In this document: positions 50,836 through 63,367 of the stretch, piece after piece | Position numbering within the stretch: the first letter of the stretch is position 1 | Layout of the letters: each line of letters opens with the position of its first letter | Assembly (NCBI GenBank): GCA_030324005.1 | Contig: JARDVH010000001.1 | Span: 84,056,905 to 84,120,904 of the forward strand | DNA: 64,000 bases | Direction: 5' to 3' | Source of the DNA: Negaprion brevirostris | Lineage: Eukaryota | The notes under the pieces: model-generated | The model's database searches: none | Told to the model about the DNA's origin: nothing | What the model saw: only the letters and a program-made list of their open reading frames with translations | Position numbers and translations under genes: made by a program

Positions 50836-51739
50836 CCATAGGCGGTACCTGCAAATGTTGGAGAGGCAATGTCGGAGGTAGTGAGAATGGCATGGGCTAC
50901 AGTCACTTGCACACACCAGTTCTTCCAGGGAGACCTGTATCTACATGGATTGGGAGACTATTCAATGCTGGTAGCACTGAAAATTATCACAGGCATTGAA
51001 TTCTTTAATCAGTAGCTCTTTCCAGGGATCCACTGGGTCATGTGTGGAATATCACAGTCATTCATTCACCTCAGGGAGAACACCAATGTGTCGCGAAGGA
51101 GAGCAAATTAATTTGTTAAACTCACAACAGACACAGGGAGCCAGGCTACCAGAGCAGTTGGATTCATTAACATCGCCAGCATTGCACAAATGGAAGAGGC
51201 GAATGTCTGACCAACTCTAACAGATTAGTTCTTAAGTAATTGGATTGTGCATTAAATTAGTGTAATTAACTCAGTTAACTCACAAAATGATGTCTTTGCA
51301 GGTTGAACAACTTTGTTAAGCAGTTTCAGTGAGAAGAGGCAGTCTCACGTCATTGGGTTTGATGTTAGTACAAGGTTTGAAATGTACTCAGGGGTTCACT
51401 TGGATTCATGGGCCACTTTTTTTGAACTTACCAAGAGCTTAAACATATTGGGAGTCCAGATGCTTCTGCCTGAGCTCTCAAAATATTTAACATCTAATGG
51501 TTAGGAACATAGCACTTTGCAGCTATATAATCAAGTGTGTGCAGAGCTCCCTTGGAGTTAGGAAGGACCCTGGTATGTATAATATTCTTGGATAGGAACC
51601 TCTGTTCTACCTACTTATGTATGATTGGTAGTTACAATATGAGTTCACTTTTCCTCCTTGGGGTATTATACATTCATTTCATTGCGTTCTAATTTTTATG
51701 GATACATTTAATTTAGTTAAACATAATGCAAAAAGGAAA

Positions 51740-52520
51740 TCTGCACCCCAGAATCATGCATCTTCCTCAGAACATTATAGCAACTGACCTGTTTCTAGCC
51801 CTCTGCCAACCCAAAAATGCATCGTACCTAAAAGAACTCCCCCCCCCCCCCCAAAAANNNNNNNNNNCTTCATTCAATAATAAACAAACAAGTCCATGTC
51901 CTTCCAATAACCTGTCATTTTAATTCTCTGCCCCACTTCCTTTCTGATTTCAATACTTACGGCCTTCTGCACTGTTCAAATGAAGTTTCATAGAAGCTTA
52001 ACAAACAGTACATCATGTTTCGATTAGGCACTTCACAGCCTGTCAGAGTCAACACTGAGTTCAACAACTGCAACTCATAATGCTGGCCCTACTTTCTCAG
52101 ACAGCAGTCATTGGTAACGATTCTATATTCTTAATATGTTTCTTGTTCCAATACATCTCTTTTGCCTTTTGCTATCATTCCTTTTGCCATTTAATCACAT
52201 CTGCCTTTCGCCCGACTTGAGACTGTCCCATTTATTCTTTCCACCCCTTCCCCTTTATCTGCTTCTATATTTGCTTTTAATTTGTTACGTCTTGATTTTA
52301 ATTCTGACACAAAGCCATTGACTTCGAACATTAATTCCAGGTGGGATCTTCTGGTCCCGCTAATGTCTACAGTATTTTATGTGGCTCGCACATCTCACCA
52401 CCAGGGAACCCACTGAGGGGTGTTATCTTTGGCGGACAGGAAGATCCCACTGGTGGGATGGGTCAGAAAATCCTTCTTCCTGTTTCTCTGGAAATACTGC
52501 CTGACCTGCTCAATACTTAT
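51740..52520 (+). mobile_element. Old Penelope-like element 3' fragment with a small MITE nested at ~52340-52472
   Basis: HFNSLPHFLSDFNTYGLLHCSNEVS*KLNKQYIMFRLGTSQPVRVNTEFNN matches the PLE GIY-YIG C-terminus; decayed CTGA...GAA at ~52304-52330. Confidence 0.7.
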
Positions 52521-55500
52521 CTCATTTTCTTTCAGTAATCTTATTTAATATTGTGTATAGTGGGGTACGCAGAAAGCTGTGCAGCTAGCATTGGGTGTTT
52601 CACCCCACAAACTCATTTTGATTGTGGAGGTCAAATTTTAATAGATAGAAAATTCTATAGAATTCATTAACTGCCATCACCAAAATTCCCAGTAGGGGTG
52701 TCCCAGTACATTAAGTGCCTGGTTTGTGAATACATAAAATCTACAATAGCATAAAGTTATTATGAAGTTTAAATAATTTATGAATTAGGTGTGATATTAA
52801 CATTACACTATAAGTTCTGAGTTCATTGTTTGCGATTTGAATTAGTAAAATGTTCAATTTTTCTCATTCTTAGTTTCTAACCTGGACTCACAGTATAAAA
52901 TAGAAAAATGTCCCAAGTGCAGTATTAATTGGTATCCTCATTGTTAATTAGCTTTCTAAGTTTTTTTAAAATCTCTCTCTTCAAAATATGAAGATATCAA
53001 ATTTATTAAATAGCTATCCTTTTAACTAGCATTACTTCATTCACTTGTTCATTTAGAATCTTCATACATATATATGTATTATATATTATATATGTAATTG
53101 CCCCAATACCTGCTGAGAAACTTCCAAAAGATGTACAGTGGTTATTTTATTTTCTAGTTTTATACAATTTCCAGATTATTATTAAACAATTTCATGCATT
53201 TTGTTGTCATGCATTAAATACTATCACTATTTCAATGCTTTACTGGACTTCATCACAGATATGAGACAAACAACCTATACTTTAGAACACAGAAACAATT
53301 CTGGATAACTTTGATAGGAGAATATTAAGGCATTTGATTCTATTGTAAAATTACTCTGTGCTCTAGAGCTAATTTGCAAACTAATCCTTTGCCAAATTCA
53401 GTGCATTAGTATTTATTTACAGAACATATTTTGGCCATGATCCTCAAATTCCTCTTGGGATTGAATTGGATTAAAGCATATTAATACATCAATGTTATAT
53501 TACTCACTTTTTGGGGGGCTTGTTAAGGGCATATTAAACAACAATTGCAGGAAAGCATGCATATGAACACAAGTTGTGTCTTCCAGACCACATTGCATTA
53601 ACTGTGCCTGGTATGAATTTGGTATTGAGACATGTAGGAAGAGGTCCAACAATGTGTAGAGCAGGAGACATTGTAACCAGCGGTTTGATTGCTTCAATGG
53701 GCATAATTGTGTCACCAAGTTTCAAATTGGAGAAAGAAGAGCAAGAGGTTGAGGAGGGTAAATTAGTTAGAGATGTCCTTAATCAGAGGAGTATACAGGG
53801 GATACATTAAAACAACTGATGTACATGATCCACATATTGTGAAGCCCTGCAATCTTTTTTTTTGTTATTGACTGATCTTAATAACAAATGTCACATAAAT
53901 AAGAATTCCAACATTTGGACCTCAACATGGATAATTTGCAATGTACCTTGAGAGATTTCGTAAGACAGGAATCATGAGCTGAATGCTGCATGATAAGGAA
54001 ATGTGTTTCTGAAATATAAGTTTCACCACAGCAGGAGCTGGATAAGCACTGTAGGAAGCAGCAAGGTTTTTCTAATTCTGACTGCCTAATTCTTTCCATG
54101 ATGAAAGCCTTTGTGTATCATTGAGTTTTTAAAAATACATACGCAAGTATCCTAAACAGCAGTGTTGACTTGGAGAATCCAAGGTCAATAAAGCACGCCT
54201 GGTCTGCTGCTTTCAGGATTCCTATACCTGAGGCACCAGTAACAGTTGCATCTCAATGAGCTGACCTTGCACAACATGGTGAGGTCAGCTTAACTATTTT
54301 TTAAGTGGGTCTCATTCTGCACCTTGCTCTCAGCGCATCAGGTACAGAGTTAGCATCAGACTTTAAGCAGCAGGAAAGGTTTTCCAACCTTGTGNNNNNN
54401 NNNNNNNNNNNNNNNNNNNNNNNNNNNNNNNNNNNNNNNNNNNNNNNNNNNNNNNNNNNNNNNNNNNNNNNNNNNNNNNNNNNNNNNNNNNNNNTTTTCC
54501 AACCTTGTGCATAATTCATCACTGGGATATAAAATACTTTATCCATTGAGAGTGTTTAATAGGTGGCAAAGTGCACTGTGCCCATTGCAACCAGTAATTA
54601 AATCAATTTGGTTTAAGTGTAATAAGTAATCATGTAAACTGTTGTACCTTGCTTTAGGAGATGTCAGTTTTCATCTAACTAACTGGGGTATGTATGATTT
54701 GGTCCATTTATGGTAGTCTATGTTTACTCATAATCATTTTCCTTTCTCGCCTTAGCAGCTTTCAGATATAACAGGCACAATCTTAATGGCTCACCACACC
54801 GGTCGATTGGTGTAGTGAACTGGTAAGATAGAGTGAGAGGTAAAAAATTGGGTTTACGCTGGCTTCTCGCCCCTTGCAATCTTGCCAACCCCAGTGTGAA
54901 TCTGATTTCAGTATTTGTGACATGATTTACATATCATTAACAGGTGTACGAACTCACTTACCTCTATCCCCTTGCCCATGATGATCACAGATGGTCCCAC
55001 TAACGGGGACCAGGCATGATGGTCTTGCTGGTGGGACCAGAGGCTATTGAAGCCCCTTGGACAGTCAAGTGTCTTTTGCAGTGCAAGGGAGTGGGGGTTG
55101 AGGGGGCCGGGCGTTAGGCAGTGGAGCCCGATGGACGGGGGATAGGGGGAGGTGTGTAGGAGGGGCAAGGGGTGGGAATTTCTGTAGGGGGTGTGGTTTG
55201 ATCAGTGGGGCAGCAACCAGGTGTGGGGTGGTGATGGGCGGGAGGGGGCGGTGATTGGGATGGAAAGGTAGTCAGCTGGGGTGAGAATCACTGGGGTGGT
55301 GATCAGGGGGTGGACAATTGGCTGGGCTGGTGATTGGGAGGGGGAGTGATGTCCATGGGACAGGTCTCCCAATATAGTGTGTACACTGCTTACACAGTGT
55401 ACTGGGAGGTCAGAGCGCCTGCGCAATGGCGCTCCTTGCTGGCTTCACAGACGAGTTGACACTCCACGCCCCTCATGGTGGGATTCACCAGTTTCTGTAT

Positions 55501-56044
55501 TGTATAGAGTGCCGTAAAATTTCATTACTTAACTTGCTGATAAAATAGTGAGAAAACTTACTATTTTCTCAGCGTTCGGCAGTCAGAATTATTTTGAAAA
55601 AACTCTGTGCAACATTTTCTACAAGGTACCTTTTCAGATTCTTCTTCAACAAGACTCCATATTGGACTTCCATGGAGAATATTTTACTGCAACTACATGC
55701 TATCTACTCTGATCGACAGATCGTGTTCCATATATCTCACTATATGTATTCCATTTTCCCCTTCAGTTGCTTTGAGAGATTGAATGCAAGATTACAAGAT
55801 AGGTATGAATAAGCAGGGTCAGTCATCTCATCTATCCAGACAAATGTTTAAAAAAAGGCTCAGACAACCAGGGGAATATTCTTGTCTTTTGCAATCTCTG
55901 CATTCCAGAAGTGCATATAAAAAAGGCATAAATTAATTTCAGTGGACAGAGGACTGCGAGCTGACAAATTAGAATGGGCACACATCCAATTTTTCAATAG
56001 TCCACCAACTGTTTCTCAAATGTATTAATTCAAAACCCAGTAGA

Positions 56045-57437
56045 GTCATTGAGTCATAGAGGATTACAAGATGGAAGCAGGCCGTTCGACCCAACTTGTC
56101 CATGCCACCCTTTTTTTTAAACCCCTAAGCTAATCCCAATTGCCTGCATTTGGCCCACATCCCTCTATATCCATCTTAACCATGTAACTCTCTAAATGCT
56201 TTTCAAAAGACAAAATTGTACTAGCTTCTACTACTACCACCTCTGGCAGCTTGTCCCAGGCACTCACCACCCTATGTGTGAAAAAAATTGCCCCTCTGGA
56301 CCCTTTTGTATCTCTCCCCTCTCACCTTAAAACTATGCCCTTTAGTTTTAGAGTCCCCTAACTTTGGGAAAAGATGTTGACGATCTAACTGATCTGTGCC
56401 CCTCTTTATTTTATAGACCTCTGTAAGATCACCCCTCAGCCTCCTACAGCTCCAGAGAAAAACATCCCAGTCTATTCAGCCTCACCTTGTAATTCAAACC
56501 ATCAATAAGGCAGCATCCTAGTAAATCTTTTCTGCACTCTTTCTAGTTTAATAACATCCTTTCTGAATAGAGTGACCCAGGATTGTACACAGTATTCCAA
56601 GTGTGACCATACCAATGTCTTGTATTCCTTGTTCTGACCAATGAAGTCAAGCATGCCAAATGCCTTCTTCACCACTCTGTCCACTTGTGACTCCACTATC
56701 AAGGAGCTATGACTTGTACCCCCAGATCTCTTTGTTCTGTAACTCTTCCCAACACCTTACCATTAACAGAGAAAGTCTTGCCCTGGTTCAATCAGCCAAA
56801 ACTTCATCAGCCCACTGGCCCAGTTGATCAAGATCTTATTGCAGTCCAAAATAACCTTCACTGTTCACTATACCGCCAATCTTGGTGTCATCTGCAAACT
56901 TACTAACCAAAACTCCTATATTCTCATCCAAATCATTAATATAAATGTTAACTAACAGTGGACCTAGCACCGATCCCTGAGGCACACTACTGGCCACAGG
57001 TCTCCAGTTTGAAAAACAACCCTCGACAACCACCCTCTGGCTTCTGTCATCAAGCCAATTTTGTATTCCTTTAGCTACCTCACTCTGGATCCAGTGAGAT
57101 TTAATTTTATGCAACAACCTACCATGTGGTACCTTGTGAAAGGCCTTGCTAAAGTCCAAGTAGACAACATGAACTGCAACACCCTCATCTACCTTCTTGG
57201 TTACCCCTTCAAAAAACTCAATCAAATTTTTGAGACATGATTTTCTAGTCATAAAGCCATGCTGACTGATCCTAATCAGCCTTTGCATCTCTCAATGCCT
57301 ATAGATCCTGCCTCTCAAAATACTTTCCAACAATTTACCCACCACAGATGTGAGGTTCACTGGCTTTTCCCTGCAGCACTTTTTAAACAAAGGCACAACA
57401 TTTGCCATTTTCCTATCTTCAGGCACCTCACCCATGA
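56045..57437 (-). mobile_element. CR1 LINE ORF2 RT to 3' end, frameshifted
   Basis: [68 protein letters not shown]. Confidence 0.95.
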
Positions 57438-57721
57438 CAATCAATGATATACTGAGTTTGAATTGAGGGAGATGAATGCAAAGGGGTAAAACGGAGCAGA
57501 TCATTCAGCATCAGAGATGCAAAGATCAGAGAGTACAGCAAATACATGGTGAGAGTGGGAAAAGTAAAAGGGATAGAGTCACAGGAAAGGGAAGATGAGG
57601 AAGGATCCAGAAAGCCATCAGCACTCATAAGCTGAGTTTGTGAATATTAACATCTGAAAAAGAGAAGAGAATGTTGGCAGGTACATATTTGAGATAAAAT
57701 GAGCTCCTGAATAGGCATGTT

Positions 57722-58546
57722 GGGCCCTATTTTACCATTTTCATTCTATGTGTTGGACAGACTTGAAACTGGGAGCGTTTCAGATCCAACTTTTAGACCC
57801 ATTCTCAGGCACTCGCTATATTCACCCTGCCTGGAAAAAAATCTGAATCATGCTGCAGAAGCCCATGGACGGGGCTTAATGCACCCAAAATCCTGCAGCT
57901 CCGATTGACGCCTCCAACTGCACGTGCACAGGAAAAAAAGATAGAATGTGGCTCCCCTGCCACATCCTTCCCAGGCCAGATAATGCCTCCCTCTGGCCCC
58001 CACAGACATTGCCGCACCCCCAAACATTACTGACCCCCTTATCGCCCCACTCCCTTGCCATCCAGAGTGAAAGCCCCCATTCGCCCCACCACAGATTTCA
58101 GGCAGAGTAACAATGATTTCCCCACCTTCCCCCAACTAATCTTAGGCAGAGTGACAGTGGGGTCCCTACCCTCCTACCCCACTGACCTCAAGCAGACAGT
58201 CACGGAAGCTAGGCACCAACCTCCTCACTAACTGGAGCACCTGAATCGGACTTTTATGGAGCATGTCTGTTCCGCGCCAATTCTGGATAGGCGAATGTGG
58301 TGGTAAAGGGGGAAGTGCCGCTAAAGTTGGGCATGCAGCCCATTAATTCAATTTAAATGTATTCAAATGCATTTAAGTGGCTGTCACACCTGTTTCGGGT
58401 GCGGTTCCGATCATGGCAATTTCTGGGCATTAGTGAAGGGGGAACCGGCGCAAAGGCAGATGCTGATCCCACTACTCACCTCATACCCAACTTCCCCAAG
58501 TTTTTGCACCCAAAAACGGGTGCAATGCGATGATAAAATTGAGCCC
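57722..58546. mobile_element. Complete 825-bp MITE, TSD GTT
   Basis: TIR GGGCCCTATTTTACCAT / ATGATAAAATTGAGCCC; GTT at 57719-57721 and 58547-58549; inverted relative of 7551-8447. Confidence 0.85.
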
Positions 58547-59374
58547 GTTGACTGTGAACAAAAGGCACTGAAATGTGGATCTTAAGAGGTGGTGAGAAGA
58601 AAAGTCCAAGGAACATTGTAAATCTGGGTGGATTTTAATCATAAAAGATGGATCATCAGTTTGAATCCATGTGGAGTAAGTCCTTAAATATACTTTCTTG
58701 CTTTCATTTTTGATTGCATTGTCCTTTGCAACACATCACTGATTACATCATTTGTGCACACAGGCACACATCCTTCTTTACAGATTAACACAATATTCTC
58801 CCAAAATATTTTTTAAAAAATCATCACACTCGATGTGGGATAATGACTTGACAATTTTGAGTCAGGGGATTGTAAGCCAAGACTGATAAATGGGGATCAT
58901 AGGATCAATAGTGTAAAACTTAAGCTGCTAAAACTTGAGAGAAGCTTGCCTGTGAGACAGAGTCATATGAAGGATATAATCAAGAGAAGATGAGATGAGT
59001 GGGGGAGGAGATGATGAGACAGAGTGACATATGACAATGTGATTAAGCAAAGATGGCTTTGGGGAGTAAAGTGGAAAGATTTAATTAAAGACTAAATAGC
59101 TAGTCAAGTGTACTTTTTGTAATATATAAATTGACTGTTCAAACATTGCACTGTAGAACACATATGGGGCTTCTCCTTGCATATGTGTAATAATGATTGC
59201 TCATATGAACAAAATATCTGACTCTGAAGGCCTTTTTTGTGTGCTGTAGCCAGGCTTGCCCAAGGGAACAGAAATTCTTTGGTCACTGTGTGAAAGGAAT
59301 GAGTTGAACACAAGGAGGAAAGTTCCTTTCTGCATTGCAAGATACATGGCATAATTTTAACAAAAAAATGATTA

Positions 59375-59576
59375 GGGCAAGATTTTCCAGCCTCCAATTT
59401 ACATGTTTCCCGATGGTGGGAGCTGGCTGTTGGCTAACTGTGGGATTGTCTGACCCGCCACTGTAAGTGGCATTTCCCATTGATGTCACCCCACATTACT
59501 GTGAAACGCATGGGTGGGGGTGCACTGCTGGTGGGGCCAAACGATCCCGCTGGTGTGAATAGCCAGAGAATTCCGG
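59375..59576. mobile_element. ~200-bp MITE related to 47363-47572
   Basis: gggcaagattttcc...agagaattccgg termini with a similar internal layout. Confidence 0.55.
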
Positions 59577-60792
59577 TAAACCCAGCTGTAGAGCATTTGG
59601 GCACTGTTTTGCAAGACTATAAAGTTGGACGAATCCAATGTTGAATGGGCCATGCATTTTTAAATGCTTTGTTCAATATGCTAATCAACCTATACTCTTC
59701 TGGGTGTGATCCTGTTTGCACCATTGAAAAGAGGCGATTGAAAACTGTTTGGTGCTNNNNNNNNNNNNNNNNNNNNNNNNNNNNNNNNNNNNNNNNNNNN
59801 NNNNNNNNNNNNNNNNNNNNNNNNNNNNNNNNNNNNNNNNNNNNNNNNNNNNNNNNNNNNNNNNNNNNNNNNNNNNNNNNNNNNNNNNNNNNNNNNNNNN
59901 NNNNNNNNNNNNNNNNNNNNNNNNNNNNNNNNNNNNNNNNNNNNNNNNNNNNNNNNNNNNNNNNNNNNNNNNNNNNNNNNNNNNNNNNNNNNNNNNNNNN
60001 NNNNNNNNNNNNNNNNNNNNNNNNNNNNNNNNNNNNNNNNNNNNNNNNNNNNNNNNNNNNNNNNNNNNNNNNNNNNNNNNNNNNNNNNNNNNNNNNNNNN
60101 NNNNNNNNNNNNNNNNNNNNNNNNNNNNNNNNNNNNNNNNNNNNNNNNNNNNNNNNNNNNNNNNNNNNNNNNNNNNNNNNNNNNNNNNNNNNNNNNNNNN
60201 NNNNNNNNNNNNNNNNNNNNNNNNNNNNNNNNNNNNNNNNNNNNNNNNNNNNNNNNNNNNNNNNNNNNNNNNNNNNNNNNNNNNNNNNNNNNNNNNNNNN
60301 NNNNNNNNNNNNNNNNNNNNNNNNNNNNNNNNNNNNNNNNNNNNNNNNNNNNNNNNNNNNNNNNNNNNNNNNNNNNNNNNNNNNNNNNNNNNNNNNNNNN
60401 NNNNNNNNNNNNNNNNNNNNNNNNNNNNNNNNNNNNNNNNNNNNNNNNNNNNNNNNNNNNNNNNNNNNNNNNNNNNNNNNNNNNNNNNNNNNNNNNNNNN
60501 NNNNNNNNNNNNNNNNNNNNNNNNNNNNNNNNNNNNNNNNNNNNNNNNNNNNNNNNNNNNNNNNNNNNNNNNNNNNNNNNNNNNNNNNNNNNNNNNNNNN
60601 NNNNNNNNNNAACTGATTGCAGAGACTTTCCAAGCCCCACTTAGCTCAGCTCCAGTGATGTGCTGTTCGTAAACTGAAGAACTAAACACAAATTTACAAG
60701 AGGCTGGGATAAAATTTTGAAATTCCCCTTTAAGGGACCCATGTGATTAGTGTATAATTTGTTTCATATCTTCTCAAACATTTTGAAGTGTA

Positions 60793-61072
60793 TTCATTAG
60801 TGTCACAAGTGGGCTTACATTAACACTGCAATGAAGTTACTGTGATAATCCTCTAGTCGCCACACTCTGGTGCTTGTTTGGGTACACCTGAGGGAGAATT
60901 TGGCATAGCCAATGCACCTAATCAGCATGTCTTTTGGACTGTGGGAGGAAACTAGAGCACCCAGAGGAAACCCACACATACTTTGCACAGACAGTGATCC
61001 AAGTCAGGAATCGAACCCAGGTCCTTGGCACTGTGAGGCAGCAGTGCTAATCACTATACCATTGTGGCATCC
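60793..61072 (-). mobile_element. SINE with HE1-type head and the alternative tail
   Basis: Homologous to 9900-10165. Confidence 0.85.
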
Positions 61073-62517
61073 ATTGTAATAGTATGCAAACTGGTTTTAC
61101 TCTCATTGAATGACAGCCCTATATATTGGACTTAGCCCAAGCATTGGAACATTGAAATTGGTGAATTTCCAAGGCACTAATATCAGCAAATGGCAGAAAT
61201 GTCTCATCTCTTAATTCCTGTTGCAGACTTGTCCACATTGGGAATGTCTCTATTTAATATTTATAATATTTACCCCTTTCAGCAGCATTTTTCGGGTACT
61301 TTTCAAACGGCTGCTCAGTTGCACATTTCTAATTACACCATAGTGCACTTAACCAGAAACACAAACATTTTAACTGTTTGACAAGAAGACTATTTCAGAA
61401 TATTCATGGGAAATCCAACCTAAACTCATGGTGCCAGAGCCCACCCATTGGAATTCAGAAAGTTAACGGATAAAGTGGCTTAGTTAGGTCTTGTCAGTGA
61501 AGAGCAAAGGAGCCTCCTGCCTTTCCTCACCCCACAAAGATAACTTTAAACCATATCTGTTAAAGCCTTTATTTCATCCCATCTAAGTATTACAAAGCAA
61601 GGCTCCTGGCACATGTGCATTCCTCAGTCACTGGCAACAATACCAACATTATGCCTGCTACAAGGTGAGAATAGAACAGTATGTCGACATTAATTCCTAT
61701 TCCACGTGATTTCCATTGTGGTGCGAGGAGTTATAATTCCCTCAAAAGGAAATGTTAAGCATCCCTGCTGCTGTGTTAAGAATGGACAATAGTGTTAACT
61801 TCTATTTAACACGCTGCCGGTGCTCCAAGAATAAATCCACTTCCAAAGTGAGATGTGAGACTTTTATGCATTCACTGAATACTATGAAGACTGCTAAGCT
61901 TCAAATAGCAATTACCATTACCTTGTTAATAGGCTCTGCTACGATAAATTGGACTGCAATGCAAAGAACTGATAATTCTGTACCAATTAGCAAGATCTCT
62001 AGTGGGTAACTTCTGTTAAATATTCAGACAAGCACATTTATTGTACTGATGGGATTAGGGAATAGCATTATAGGTGGCACTTAGTGAGTCCTGAACTGAA
62101 ATGATAAAAATATACTTTACTGCAAAAAATGCACACTTACGTTTTGAAGGATCAAATGGGATTTTTGAATCATGTAAACATGTATGTTTATTTTCTAAAC
62201 AATATTATGATTTAGGAGTTTCAATTAAAGCTGGAATGCTGAGCATAGTTGTCAAATCTACACTTTACATATTCGGGATTTATTTTAATAAATAATACTA
62301 ATACTGCTCATGGTGAATTAAGTTTTAATAAATAATGTGATCATAAATCAGTCATATTTTGTTTGGCACTTTAGAGATGAACATATCACCTAAATACAGA
62401 TAAAGAGTTATTTTTATAAGGTTGCCTTGATTCAGGATAAAGGATATCAAGCAATGACGTAGGCAGCTGGTCTACAGTTTACCTTCATTATTGATCAGAA
62501 AAATAAAAATACCTTAC

Positions 62518-62611
62518 CGTATCGGAGCTTATCGAATTAAGAGGCACCATTTCCACTTCTTTTCTCTTAGTGGCAATTTTGTATATAATTCTACCTTGAA
62601 TGACATTCTGA
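62518..62611 (-). CDS. Candidate internal coding exon, gene unidentified
   Basis: Acceptor tattttactttaacattag and donor ACG|gtaagg; the only open frame is QNVIQGRIIYKIATKRKEVEMVPLNSISSDT (phase 2 to 0). Confidence 0.25.
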
Positions 62612-63367
62612 CTAATGTTAAAGTAAAATAGATATTGGTAATAGTTGTTTTCCATACTGAGGGCTCTGATTTCTTTCCCATTTCCATTACTTAGCATCGA
62701 CAAAATATGGTTGGAATTTTCCATCTGTTCACTTCCCGCTGTCGCTATAAGCGAGGATAGAGAATTCGACACTCAGCCAAATCTCCGTTCATTTCAGTGG
62801 GACCAGAGAATCCCGTTAGTGCGAACGGCTGGAAAATTATATTGTCTTGATGAATTTATTTTCCTTCTTACTAATGAGGTGGAAGTACTACCATGTGATG
62901 AGAAAATGAAGAGCCATCTTATACAACGCAGAGAAGAGGTTCAAAGCAACACTTGTTTTAATTCAAATCACTTTTCTTATTTAAACAGAATGCTGAAAAG
63001 GGAACTCAGAATATATTCCAATCACGAAAAATGCCTTAAGCATTTGGTTAATCTCTAAATGTGTTTATGAAAAATAGCATATGATTTCAATATCCTTACT
63101 GGACACACAAAATCTTCCCCTAGGATTAATATATGTGACCAGATGGGGTGTTGAACGCAATATGAACGCAAATTGAACTAGAGCAGGTCATGTTTCATTT
63201 TGCTACTGCACCAATTTTTGGTATAAACAAAATAGTTAGTTACAACCACTGGACCAACGTAAAAATCAAGTCCAACAGTCCAATCTGTGGTCATAAATCA
63301 CTTTTATAATAAACAGGCTTAAATACCCCATTTAATTCCTTGATACTCCTTGTATTTCTTTGACGTA

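Noticed and set aside
54380-54509. 15-bp direct repeat ttttccaaccttgtg on both sides of a gap
   Set aside because: It brackets an exactly 100-N placeholder gap, so it is most likely a contig-overlap artefact; a hidden insertion cannot be excluded without reads.
56836-57288. 150-aa reverse-transcriptase ORF as a functional or novel RT system
   Set aside because: Ordinary 5'-truncated CR1 ORF2 with flanking frameshifts and deletions.
59617-60689. Long ORFs of 180-338 aa (also 7548-8183, 23776-24579, 25582-26385, 42813-43639)
   Set aside because: They consist mostly of X residues from N gaps.
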